36,050 nucleotides of DNA. Origin: an uncultured Bacilli bacterium (GTDB taxonomy: Bacteria > Bacillota_I > Bacilli_A > RF39 > UBA660). The translations under genes and the position numbers were made by a program. The first letter of the stretch is position 1, and every line of letters starts with the position of its first letter. The stretch covers positions 1 through 36,050 of the forward strand of contig CALVXV010000002.1 in assembly GCA_944371685.1 (NCBI GenBank), read 5' to 3'. The notes beneath the pieces were generated by a model. That model saw only the letters and a list, made by a program, of their open reading frames with translations, did no database searches and was not told the DNA's origin. This document shows positions 1 to 8,513 of this stretch, piece after piece.

Positions 1-1
1 G

Positions 2-211
2 AAAGAGAAGATGGATGCCTTAGTCAAGCTTAATGAGATGGAAGGTGCCAAAAAAGAGGGCCTTGATGAAGGAAAGGCTCTTGGAATAGAAGAAAAAGCT
101 AAAGAAATAGCTCAAAATCTACTTAATAAAAAAATGGATATAGAAGATATTTCAGAAGTTACAGGTCTAACTGTAAAAGAAATTGAAAAAATAAGAAGCA
201 CTAATGAATAA
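2..211 (+). CDS. C-terminal fragment of an Rpn/YhgA-like (PD-(D/E)XK) recombination-promoting nuclease / putative transposase; the 5' end is outside the window
   Basis: The reading frame is open to the window edge. The tail ...EGLDEGKALGIEEKAKEIAQNLLNKKMDIEDISEVTGLTVKEIEKI resembles the EKG-repeat plus helical C-terminus typical of Rpn-family proteins. Confidence 0.45.
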   Translation, partial: KEKMDALVKLNEMEGAKKEGLDEGKALGIEEKAKEIAQNLLNKKMDIEDISEVTGLTVKEIEKIRSTNE

Positions 212-226
212 AAATTAGTGCTTTTA
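197..226 (+). terminator. Rho-independent terminator overlapping the stop codon of the Rpn-like gene
   Basis: Perfect 9-bp stem agcactaat (197-205) / attagtgct (214-222), 8-nt loop, followed by a short T run. Confidence 0.55.
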
Positions 227-518
227 AAATGGGTAATTATAAGAAAAGCATTAATAAAAAATTGGATTAAAGCTACTATCTATCAATAGCTTACTTTTAA
301 AAGAATTTCAAATTTAATACATTATAAATAAAAGGTAAACGATCGTGAATAGTAACATTTTTACATTTAACTTTAGATATTTCTTAACATGTTTTTTACA
401 CCCTAAAAAACAAAACTATATACATATATAAAAATTTGTGCTATAGTGAATAATACGTCAAAAGAATAGACATGATAGAATATAAATTTTATTTAAACAA
501 ATTTTTAATCGCAAAATT

Positions 519-548
519 AAAAGAAACATTAAATCAATGTTTCTTTTG
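519..548 (+). terminator. Orphan rho-independent terminator in the spacer upstream of the tad operon
   Basis: Perfect 10-bp stem aagaaacatt (521-530) / aatgtttctt (536-545), extendable by A:T pairs, 5-nt loop and a T tail. No ORF precedes it. Confidence 0.5.
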
Positions 549-579
549 TGTCCAATTCCAGAAAATATATTCTAAATCA

Positions 580-608
580 TTGTTATTACATTCATTTTTT
601 GATATAAT
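580..608 (+). promoter_or_regulatory. Sigma-A type promoter of the tad operon
   Basis: TTGTTA (580-585), 17-nt spacer, TATAAT (603-608), with an extended -10 TGATATAAT. Confidence 0.6.
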
Positions 609-634
609 TTATTATGATAGGAAAGCGTGATAAT

Positions 635-991
635 ATGAATAAAAAGGGGCAAGCATTAGTAGAATTTGTTTTAATATTACCAGTTTTGCTATTAATTCTT
701 ATGGCAATCATTGACGTTGGTAATATTTTTTTAACAAAATACACTTTAAATAATGACCTAGAAAACGTCACCACATTATACCAAAATAATGATATAAAAG
801 ACCTTGGTGTTTATTTGGCTAGTGAAAACTTAACCTTAACCGATAAATCATTAAATGGTATGACCACCTTAACCCTTAAAAAAAATATCGAAATAAATGC
901 CCCAATTTTGTCCAATGTTTTAGGTAAAAATTATGAAGTAGAAGCATCCAAAGTAATATATGATGACTTAGGAGGCTTAAATGGTGAATAG
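635..991 (+). CDS. TadE-like pseudopilin / minor pilin (Flp pilus assembly protein TadE family)
   Basis: The N-terminus MNKKG/QALVEFVLILPVLLLILMAIIDVGN matches the TadE-like G/xxxxEF prepilin-type leader followed by a hydrophobic helix. I prefer the ATG at 635 over 614, because the predicted -10 ends at 608. Confidence 0.75.
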   Translation: MNKKGQALVEFVLILPVLLLILMAIIDVGNIFLTKYTLNNDLENVTTLYQNNDIKDLGVYLASENLTLTDKSLNGMTTLTLKKNIEINAPILSNVLGKNYEVEASKVIYDDLGGLNGE

Positions 992-1352
992 TAAAGGACA
1001 AACCCTTATCATATTTGTATTAATATTACCCATTTTATTATTATTACTCGCTTTAATCTGGGAAATAGGTAACTTAAGTTTAACCACAAATAAATACGAA
1101 ACAACAATTAAAAACGCCATCGAATATGGTTTAAATAATCAAGAAAAAGAAAATCTTGAAGTAATATTAACAAACCTTATAAAAGCTAATGTTAAAGGCG
1201 ACGTTCAAATAGAAATAAAAAATTATATCAAAATAAATGTCAAACAAAAATACGACACTCTATATAACAATTTATTTAACCATAAATTTGACATAGACAT
1301 AACCTATATCGGTTACAAAGAAAATAATCAAATAATCATAAAAAAAGAATAG
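981..1352 (+). CDS. TadE/TadG-like pilus assembly protein (second pseudopilin)
   Basis: The N-terminus MVNSKG/QTLIIFVLILPILLLLLALIWEIGN resembles the N-terminal domain of putative Flp pilus-assembly TadE/G-like proteins. It overlaps the upstream gene by 11 nt. Confidence 0.65.
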   Translation: MVNSKGQTLIIFVLILPILLLLLALIWEIGNLSLTTNKYETTIKNAIEYGLNNQEKENLEVILTNLIKANVKGDVQIEIKNYIKINVKQKYDTLYNNLFNHKFDIDITYIGYKENNQIIIKKE

Positions 1353-1362
1353 AGGTATAAAC

Positions 1363-2103
1363 ATGGCCATTAAACAAGCAAAAGTTATCACAATTACATC
1401 AGTTAAAGGTGGAACTGGCAAAAGTACTACCACCTTATCATTTGCCGGTATCTTATCAAATAAAAAATTAAAAACCATAATCATTGATATGGATCTTCAC
1501 GCGGGTATAATTGCGGCAGCTTTAAATCTAAAAACAAACAAAGACATATACACCCTAGTAAATGATTATATGAATCATACCGTAAAGGATATGGATGAAT
1601 ATATAACCAAATATAATGACTACATCGACATCTTGCCAGCCCCTAAAGATCCACGCAGTGTAGGTAAAATAAATTCTCAATATATAGATATCATCTTAAA
1701 AAAATTAAAATACAAATACGATGTTATCTTAATTGACACTAACCATATCATTGACAACATAAATTTAGTAACCTTTGATAATAGTGACCATATCATCTAT
1801 GTCATCACTAGTGATCTTATGGATTTAAAAAACATGAAAACTATGCTTGCAATCTATAAAGACATGAATTTAACCAAATACACCCTTGTCTTAAATGAAG
1901 CCCTATCCAAAGAACACTTAACAACCTATGAAGTTACATCATTCCTAGATAAACCAATTGACTATGTATTGCCAGCTAATTCCTTAGTTAAAAACATGCA
2001 AAAAATAATCATGGAAGGAAAAATAATCACTTTAGAAAAAGCCTATCAAAAAGAAAAAGCTACTTTAATTTTAACTAAATTATTAGATAAAATATTAATG
2101 TAA
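1363..2103 (+). CDS. tadZ: TadZ/CpaE-like ParA/MinD-family ATPase (pilus assembly localisation factor), without a receiver-like N-domain
   Basis: Deviant Walker A ITSVKGGTGKSTT, MinD/ParA-like layout, and a position immediately upstream of the CpaF/TadA ATPase. Confidence 0.8.
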   Translation: MAIKQAKVITITSVKGGTGKSTTTLSFAGILSNKKLKTIIIDMDLHAGIIAAALNLKTNKDIYTLVNDYMNHTVKDMDEYITKYNDYIDILPAPKDPRSVGKINSQYIDIILKKLKYKYDVILIDTNHIIDNINLVTFDNSDHIIYVITSDLMDLKNMKTMLAIYKDMNLTKYTLVLNEALSKEHLTTYEVTSFLDKPIDYVLPANSLVKNMQKIIMEGKIITLEKAYQKEKATLILTKLLDKILM

Positions 2104-2115
2104 AGGAGGAAAATC

Positions 2116-3444
2116 ATGGAATCAAAACGCTTTGTCGATGAATTCGCCCAGTCTGCAGAACAAAAAATACTCGAAGAAGTAGATGACTACGATGAATTTC
2201 CTAATAAAATTTTACTAGATGAACTAAGAAATAAAATCATTCAAAACATTATTGATAACAAAGATAAAACAACTGAAGATATGAAAGATTTTATCAAAGA
2301 TGAAATAAACAAATCCGTCGAAGGCTATGACCTATCAAATGAAGAACGTAGTTATATCTATAATTTAATTGATAATGAAGTAAATGGTTATGGACCATTA
2401 ACTGAACTTTTAAAAGACAAAGAACTAACTGAAATCATGGTTAATTCTCCAAATGAAATATATATCGAACTAGACGGAAAAGTAATTAAAGATGATAGTG
2501 TCAGTTTTATCAATAACGACCACATAGTAAGAGTAGTTCAAAGATTAATTCAGCCAATTGGTAAAACAATTGATATAGCTCATCCCATGGTCGATGCCAG
2601 ACTAGAAGATGGATCTAGATTAAATGCCATTTTACCACCACTTTCTTTAAATGGTCCAGTTGTGACCATCAGAAAATTTAAAAGTGAACTAGCCAACATT
2701 GAAGATCTTCTTAGAACGGGAACCTTAACCCCATATATGGCTAGATTCCTAGAAGCCTGCGTTCACGCTAAATTAAATATTCTAGTTGTCGGTGGAACCG
2801 GTGCTGGGAAAACAACCTTGTTAAACGTTTTATCATCGTTTTGTGATCCAAATGACCGAATCATCACTATTGAAGATGCTGCCGAATTAAAACTAAAGCA
2901 AGAACATGTTATATCATTAGAAACTAGAACGACTAACTACGAAGGCGAAGGTGCCATCACCATCAGAGATTTAGTCATCAACTCCCTTAGAATGCGTCCC
3001 GATAGAATTATCGTTGGTGAAGTTAGAGGAAAAGAAGCTTTTGATATGCTTCAAGCCATGAATACCGGGCACGAAGGAAGTATGACTACCATGCACGCTA
3101 ATGGCCCTGCTGACGCCTTAAATAGATTAGAAACCATGGTTTTAATGAATGGCGTTGAAATACCCGTAACGGCTATCAGAGAATATATTGAAAGCGCTAT
3201 TCAAATTGTTGTTCAAGTCCAAAGACTATCAGATGGCCGAAGAAGGGTAAGTAGTATCAATGAAATCATCGGCCTTGAAAACGGTGAAATAAAACAAAAA
3301 GAAATATTTAAGTTTAAACAAACTGGCGTCTTACCTAATGGTGATGTTAATGGAGAATTTTTACTCCACAAATATGTTCCAAAAGTATATCAAAAAATTA
3401 AAGCCAAAGGTATTGATAACTTAAAAGATATCTTTGGTGAGTAA
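2116..3444 (+). CDS. tadA: CpaF/TadA family type II/IV secretion ATPase
   Basis: Walker A VVGGTGAGKTTLLN, Walker B DRIIVGEVRG, His box GHEGSMTTMHAN, and an RBS aggagga upstream. Confidence 0.93.
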   Translation: MESKRFVDEFAQSAEQKILEEVDDYDEFPNKILLDELRNKIIQNIIDNKDKTTEDMKDFIKDEINKSVEGYDLSNEERSYIYNLIDNEVNGYGPLTELLKDKELTEIMVNSPNEIYIELDGKVIKDDSVSFINNDHIVRVVQRLIQPIGKTIDIAHPMVDARLEDGSRLNAILPPLSLNGPVVTIRKFKSELANIEDLLRTGTLTPYMARFLEACVHAKLNILVVGGTGAGKTTLLNVLSSFCDPNDRIITIEDAAELKLKQEHVISLETRTTNYEGEGAITIRDLVINSLRMRPDRIIVGEVRGKEAFDMLQAMNTGHEGSMTTMHANGPADALNRLETMVLMNGVEIPVTAIREYIESAIQIVVQVQRLSDGRRRVSSINEIIGLENGEIKQKEIFKFKQTGVLPNGDVNGEFLLHKYVPKVYQKIKAKGIDNLKDIFGE

Positions 3445-3459
3445 TGGAGGTGACTTAAG

Positions 3460-4953
3460 ATGAATGGAAAATTCGATATTCAAAGTGCAGAAAAACCAGT
3501 TAATCATGATATAAATGTCGTTTTTTCACCATCTCAAAACGTCATCTCTTATACTTATCAAATATATAAAGAAGGCATCTTAATAAATCAAACAAATATA
3601 AGTTCCAATAGTAGTGCCAATATTTTGCTAAATGAAACTGGAACATATAAAATATCAGTTCAAACAAATCTTATAAATGGCACCAGTGACATTATAAATA
3701 GTGGTGAATATATCATTGATAAAGAAGCCCCTAAATTAACTATTTCAAATACCAAAATAATCACCACTCCAACTAATGATAAAAACCTCGTATCATGTGT
3801 AGCCTCAGATAACTATGACGGTAATATTACAAACAAAATCACCAGCAACATAGATTCGTTAAACTTTAAAAAAACTGGAAACTATACCTATACTTGTACT
3901 GTTCAAGATGAAGCCGGGAATATTGCTACCCAAAATGCTCTCATTTCAGTCAAGCCTCATAATACATCAATTTATATCATTCAAATAGTTTGCTTCATCA
4001 TCATCTTTTTCCTAATCATTAAAATAATTAAATTATTCAAAGTTGTTAAATTAGAAGAAAGATTGGAGCCATACGTTATCAAACCACTAAAAAATGATAC
4101 TATCAATACTTCAGAAAAAATAAAACGCATATACATGCAATTTTTAGATTTATTTACCAGTAAACTCAAAAAATCAGTAGTGGCGAATAAATATGCTAAA
4201 AGGCTAGAAAAGTATACCATCGTAACTACTACTCACAAAACTGGCCTTGATATATTAAGTGGTAAAATAATCATTGCTTGTTTATTCACTGTCATGGCCA
4301 TCATCATTAAAGCTTTTCAGTTCAAATTACTAGGTAGTTTAGAAACTTTAGGTGTTTTCGTTTTAGGTTTCTTTGTCCTAGATATATATTTGTTTGCTAA
4401 ATATAAAGTCTTTAGATGGAATCTAGAAAGTGACTTCATTGCTGCCATAACCATCATGAATAATTCCTTTAAATCAGGTAGAAGTATCACTCAGGCCATT
4501 GAAATTGTCAGTACTGAAGTAGGGGGAACCATCGGTGCCGAATTCAAAAGAATGAACTTAGAACTCTTATATGGCCTAGATATCGGTCAAGTTTTCAAAA
4601 GATTTTCCAAAAGAGTAAATTTAGAAGAAGCAACTTATCTTACTGCCTCACTTACCATATTAAATAAAACTGGTGGTGACATCATTAAAGTGTTCTCCTC
4701 AATTGAAAGAAGTCTTTTCGATAAACGTAAACTTAGATTAGAACTAAAAAGCCTAACCAGTGGTAGTAGAATCATCGTCTATGTCTTACTAGGTATTCCA
4801 TTTTTCTTCATTTTTGTCATCAGTCTCATAAACCCCGGCTACTTTATGCCATTTTTGACGACTGATATTGGACGTATCCTCTTGATATTTATGATAATTT
4901 ACTATATAATTTTTGTGGTAGTAGTTCGTAAAATAATGAAGGTGGTGATTTAA
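3460..4953 (+). CDS. tadB: TadB-like platform protein (T2SS-F domain) with a ~166-aa N-terminal Ig-like (DUF5011-type) extension
   Basis: aa 1-166 contain beta-rich Ig-like repeats with the DNYDGNITNK signature. A TM helix sits at aa 171-192. The remainder (SGRSITQAIE...GLDI...) is a T2SS-F/TadB domain with C-terminal TM helices. Confidence 0.8.
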   Translation: MNGKFDIQSAEKPVNHDINVVFSPSQNVISYTYQIYKEGILINQTNISSNSSANILLNETGTYKISVQTNLINGTSDIINSGEYIIDKEAPKLTISNTKIITTPTNDKNLVSCVASDNYDGNITNKITSNIDSLNFKKTGNYTYTCTVQDEAGNIATQNALISVKPHNTSIYIIQIVCFIIIFFLIIKIIKLFKVVKLEERLEPYVIKPLKNDTINTSEKIKRIYMQFLDLFTSKLKKSVVANKYAKRLEKYTIVTTTHKTGLDILSGKIIIACLFTVMAIIIKAFQFKLLGSLETLGVFVLGFFVLDIYLFAKYKVFRWNLESDFIAAITIMNNSFKSGRSITQAIEIVSTEVGGTIGAEFKRMNLELLYGLDIGQVFKRFSKRVNLEEATYLTASLTILNKTGGDIIKVFSSIERSLFDKRKLRLELKSLTSGSRIIVYVLLGIPFFFIFVISLINPGYFMPFLTTDIGRILLIFMIIYYIIFVVVVRKIMKVVI

Positions 4954-5654
4954 TGGATGAACAAACCAAATTCATTGAAAGAATTTATGGACAAAAAGAA
5001 TTAGATAATATAAAAGCCAAAATAAAATGTTTAGGTAAAGACACTAAATATACAGCTACGACCTTTTGTATGTCCAGAATCATCATCACCGCCCTTGCAT
5101 TCATACTTACTATATTACTAACAGATATGGGCTATATATATGCCCCATTTGTTGCCATTATTTGTTACTATTTATTTTACTATTTAAACATAACTAAAAA
5201 GCTAAAAGAAAGAAATAGACGTTTAGAACACCAAGCCCTATACTTCTTTGAAATTTTAACCCTAACCTTAGAATCAGGGCGAAACTTAGAAAACGCTTTA
5301 ATAGTTACTTGTGAAAATGTCGATTCAGAAATCTCTAGCCAATTTAAAAGCGCTTTAGATGAAATGAAGTATGGCAAATCATTAATTGAAGCTTTAGGTG
5401 ACTTAAAAAAACAAATATCATCAGATATAATTGGTAACATAATATTAAATATAATTCAAACAAATAGGTTCGGCAATAGCATATTAGACACTCTTTATAA
5501 TGAAGTTGACTTCTTAAGACAAAAAGAATTATTAACTACTAAAGAACAAATAAACAAAATTCCAAACAAAGTCAGCATTATTTCCGTATTATTCATCGTC
5601 CCATTAATTCTTGTTTTAATACTTGGACCATATTTGATTGAATTCATTAGTTAG
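4953..5654 (+). CDS. tadC: TadC-like platform protein (T2SS-F domain)
   Basis: N-terminal TM pair, a T2SSF-like core (LESGRNLENAL...GKSLIEAL) and a C-terminal TM. The start overlaps the tadB stop (TAATG). Confidence 0.75.
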   Translation: MDEQTKFIERIYGQKELDNIKAKIKCLGKDTKYTATTFCMSRIIITALAFILTILLTDMGYIYAPFVAIICYYLFYYLNITKKLKERNRRLEHQALYFFEILTLTLESGRNLENALIVTCENVDSEISSQFKSALDEMKYGKSLIEALGDLKKQISSDIIGNIILNIIQTNRFGNSILDTLYNEVDFLRQKELLTTKEQINKIPNKVSIISVLFIVPLILVLILGPYLIEFIS

Positions 5655-5665
5655 GAGGAACATCT

Positions 5666-6988
5666 ATGTATTATTTGATTGGAATAAAAGGAACTGGCAT
5701 GAGCGCCCTAGCGTGCTTTCTTCATGACTTAGGCTATGAAGTAAAAGGTAGTGATGTTGAAACCCATTTCTTCACCGAAAAAGGACTAAATGAAAGAAAC
5801 ATTGAAATATTACCTTACGATGAAAAAAACATCACCAAAGACATGGTCATAATTAAAGGCAATGTCATTAAAGATGACCACCCAGAAATGATTAAAGCAA
5901 ATGAATTAGATTTAAAAATATACACATATCAAGAAATGATATCTAAATTAACCAAAATGTTTATGACAATAACTGTTGCTGGCTGTCATGGCAAAACAAC
6001 TACTTCCAATATGACCTATCAAGTCTTAAACGCTATTAAAGGCGCCAATTGCCTAATCGGCGATGGTACCGGCATAGCTAACAAAGAAAATAAATATTTT
6101 GTATTGGAAGCTTGTGAATACCAAAGACACTTCTTATCATATACCCCATATTATGCTATTATTACAAACATTGAATTAGATCATGTTGATTATTATAAAG
6201 ATATAGATGATGTTATTGATGCCTTTACCGAGTATGCCAATAATGCTGAAAAAATGGTTATAGCTTGTGGAGATGATCCATACACCCATAGCCTAGAAGT
6301 CAGTAAACCAATATTCTATTATGGACTAGATGACGATAATGATATAATTGCTAAAGATGTAAACTATACTGAAAACGGTGTAACTTTTGATGTGTTTGTT
6401 GAAGATAATTATTATGGACATTTTGACTTGCCATTATACGGTAAACACATGCTTTTAAATGCTTTAGCCGTGATTAGTTTAGCATACTATGAAAGATTCG
6501 ATGCTAAAGAAGTATCTAAAATACTAAAGGAATATCATGCTGCCAGAAGAAGATTCAATGAAACACAAGTTGGCACAAACATTTTAATTGATGATTATGC
6601 CCATCACCCAACCGAATTAAAATGTACAATAAAATCAGCCCGTCAAAAATATCCTGATAAAAATTTAATTGTCATTTGGGGGCCACATACATATTCAAGA
6701 ACCAAAGCCTTTAAAGATGAATATATTGAAATTTTAAAAACCGCCTCTAAAGCTTATATCATGGATATATATGCTGCTAGAGAAAAAAAAGGAGATATTG
6801 ATATCGACATAAACGATATCATCAAAGCTATTCCAAATGCCGAGCACATCACTGAACAAGAAACCGACAAATTGTTAAAATATGAAAATTCAGTTCTTTT
6901 ATTCATGAGTCCTAAGGACTTAACCTCATTTGAACAAGACTATATAAATAAATATCATGAAACACACGATAAACCTAGTGAAAACTAG
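5666..6988 (+). CDS. murC: UDP-N-acetylmuramate--L-alanine ligase
   Basis: Collinear with my recollection of Bacillus MurC: IGIKGTGMSALA..GYEV.GSD, GCHGKTTTS, EACEYQRHFLSY, DDYAHHPTE. Confidence 0.95.
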   Translation: MYYLIGIKGTGMSALACFLHDLGYEVKGSDVETHFFTEKGLNERNIEILPYDEKNITKDMVIIKGNVIKDDHPEMIKANELDLKIYTYQEMISKLTKMFMTITVAGCHGKTTTSNMTYQVLNAIKGANCLIGDGTGIANKENKYFVLEACEYQRHFLSYTPYYAIITNIELDHVDYYKDIDDVIDAFTEYANNAEKMVIACGDDPYTHSLEVSKPIFYYGLDDDNDIIAKDVNYTENGVTFDVFVEDNYYGHFDLPLYGKHMLLNALAVISLAYYERFDAKEVSKILKEYHAARRRFNETQVGTNILIDDYAHHPTELKCTIKSARQKYPDKNLIVIWGPHTYSRTKAFKDEYIEILKTASKAYIMDIYAAREKKGDIDIDINDIIKAIPNAEHITEQETDKLLKYENSVLLFMSPKDLTSFEQDYINKYHETHDKPSEN

Positions 6989-6997
6989 GCTTTTTTC
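6974..6997 (+). terminator. Weak rho-independent terminator after murC
   Basis: Stem cctagt (6974-6979) / actagg (6984-6989), GAAA loop, followed by cTTTTTT. Confidence 0.5.
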
Positions 6998-7031
6998 TTA
7001 AAGTGTAGTATAATCTTTTTAGGTGATAAAT

Positions 7032-7709
7032 ATGTTTGACCGTTTAGAATTAATCATTGGCGACAAAATCAATTTACTTAAAAATAAAACTATTATGTTA
7101 ATTGGTCTTGGTGGAGTAGGCTCCCATACTTTTGAAGCATTAGTGCGAAGTGGTATTGGTAATATCATTATAATTGATAATGATACTGTAGATATCACTA
7201 ACTTAAATAGACAAGCATTAGCTTTTCAAAACACTATTGGTAAACCAAAAGTTGACATTGCCAAGCAAATGGCCAAAAATATAAATCCTAACTGTCACAT
7301 CTTACCTTATCAAATTTTCTTAAATGAAGATAATATTAATGATATTTTTAAGCAAAAAATAGACTTTATCATTGATGCCATTGATACCATTAATACTAAA
7401 AAATTAATTATAAAAAAATGTATAGAAAAAAATCTACCATTTATATCAGTGATGGGAACCGGCAATAAAATGCACCCAGAATTACTTGAAATAACCGATA
7501 TTAGACAAACCTCATATGATCCAATTGCTAAAATTTTAAGAAAAATGATTAAAGAAGAAAAAATAAAACAGAAAGTGCCCGTTATTTTTTCAAAAGAAAA
7601 ACCATTAATTAAAGGTAAAATAGGCTCAAATGCTTTCGTTCCCGCATCCGCTGGATTATTAGCCACTAGCTACACAATAAATAAAATATTGGAGGAAGAA
7701 CATGAATGA
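7032..7709 (+). CDS. tcdA: ThiF/MoeB-fold tRNA threonylcarbamoyladenosine dehydratase (TcdA/YgdL-like)
   Basis: Rossmann motif IGLGGVGS, DNDTVDITNLNRQ, short E1-like length. ATG at 7032 preferred over GTG at 7023. Confidence 0.8.
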   Translation: MFDRLELIIGDKINLLKNKTIMLIGLGGVGSHTFEALVRSGIGNIIIIDNDTVDITNLNRQALAFQNTIGKPKVDIAKQMAKNINPNCHILPYQIFLNEDNINDIFKQKIDFIIDAIDTINTKKLIIKKCIEKNLPFISVMGTGNKMHPELLEITDIRQTSYDPIAKILRKMIKEEKIKQKVPVIFSKEKPLIKGKIGSNAFVPASAGLLATSYTINKILEEEHE

Positions 7710-8232
7710 AAAATTACTGCAAATAATTAATAGTTTAGAAGGCTCATTATTAGGTATCGGTTTTGAAGATGACCTTTTGTTAGATGCCATTGAAAACAAT
7801 AATAATATCTACTCTTGTTATTTATTAACTAAAAAAAATCCTTCTAGCAAAAAATTTAACATGACAAAAAAAGGACGTAATAAAAAAATAAACATCAAAA
7901 AAATCAAAAAACAATTTAAAAAGAAATCCTTAGACACCATCATCTGTAACTACGAAACTATTAAACCATTTTACCGCAGTTTTATTCCAAATAGTATCTA
8001 TCTTAACAAAGGCACTTTATATATATATGGTAACAAAGAGGATTTACAAAAAATAAAGCCCAAATATCAAAGGTATACTTCTTTAATTAAAATTGATAAA
8101 ACCGAAGATGGATACATTATGAAAATAAACAATCAAAATACTCAAAATCACTTCTTCAAAGACAATTTATTCAAATTAAAAGATTTTGGCTCAGATACTA
8201 TTGATATCATGACTGACTTATTAATTAATTAA
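7702..8232 (+). CDS. Hypothetical protein with a Lys-rich central segment, translationally coupled to tcdA
   Basis: 176-aa ORF whose ATG overlaps the tcdA stop (ATGAATGA). I recognise no family. Confidence 0.55.
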   Translation: MNEKLLQIINSLEGSLLGIGFEDDLLLDAIENNNNIYSCYLLTKKNPSSKKFNMTKKGRNKKINIKKIKKQFKKKSLDTIICNYETIKPFYRSFIPNSIYLNKGTLYIYGNKEDLQKIKPKYQRYTSLIKIDKTEDGYIMKINNQNTQNHFFKDNLFKLKDFGSDTIDIMTDLLIN

Positions 8233-8235
8233 AAT

Positions 8236-8264
8236 TTGACAGCTATTATTAAATAATATATAAT
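8236..8264 (+). promoter_or_regulatory. Perfect consensus sigma-A promoter
   Basis: TTGACA (8236-8241), exactly 17 nt, TATAAT (8259-8264). Confidence 0.75.
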
Positions 8265-8288
8265 ACCCAAGCACAGGAGGGGAATATC

Positions 8289-8513
8289 ATGAAAAAAGAG
8301 CAATTTGTATTCATAAATGATGGAAATGGCATTGAAGGAATTATATCTAAAGGTCATATTGATAAAGAAACATCAGTTAAGCCTAAAGTATTAATTCAAA
8401 ATAAAAAATCGGAATATATATGGGATCCAGTTTTTGAATGTTTTGTTCCAAAAAGCGAAGATAACACATTAGAAAAAGGTAGTGTTACTATAAATTCCAA
8501 ACATATCAAATAA
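8289..8513 (+). CDS. Small hypothetical protein (74 aa), monocistronic
   Basis: ORF preceded by a strong RBS aggagggg and a consensus promoter, and followed directly by a terminator. Confidence 0.6.
   Translation: MKKEQFVFINDGNGIEGIISKGHIDKETSVKPKVLIQNKKSEYIWDPVFECFVPKSEDNTLEKGSVTINSKHIK

Noticed and set aside
1-613. A mobile element boundary at the left edge (Rpn-like gene plus AT-rich spacer)
   Set aside because: Only the last 66 codons of the nuclease are visible. I could find no inverted or direct repeats flanking the tad locus inside the window, so the idea cannot be supported.
472-630. 52-aa ORF (MIEYKFYLNKF...) in the spacer upstream of the tad operon, considered as a possible Flp pilin
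   Set aside because: It has no Flp-type G/xxxxEY leader and no hydrophobic core. It reads through a strong terminator hairpin and the tad promoter, and it has no RBS.
614-634. ATG at 614 as the start of the first TadE-like gene
   Set aside because: The predicted -10 hexamer ends at 608, so the transcript would start at about this ATG. The ATG at 635 gives the typical short basic leader MNKKG before the cleavage-site Gly.
981-1352. Absence of Glu at +5 after the putative cleavage Gly in the second pseudopilin (QTLIIF), considered as a sign of degeneration
   Set aside because: TadG-like N-terminal domains commonly lack the Glu, so this alone is not evidence of a defect.
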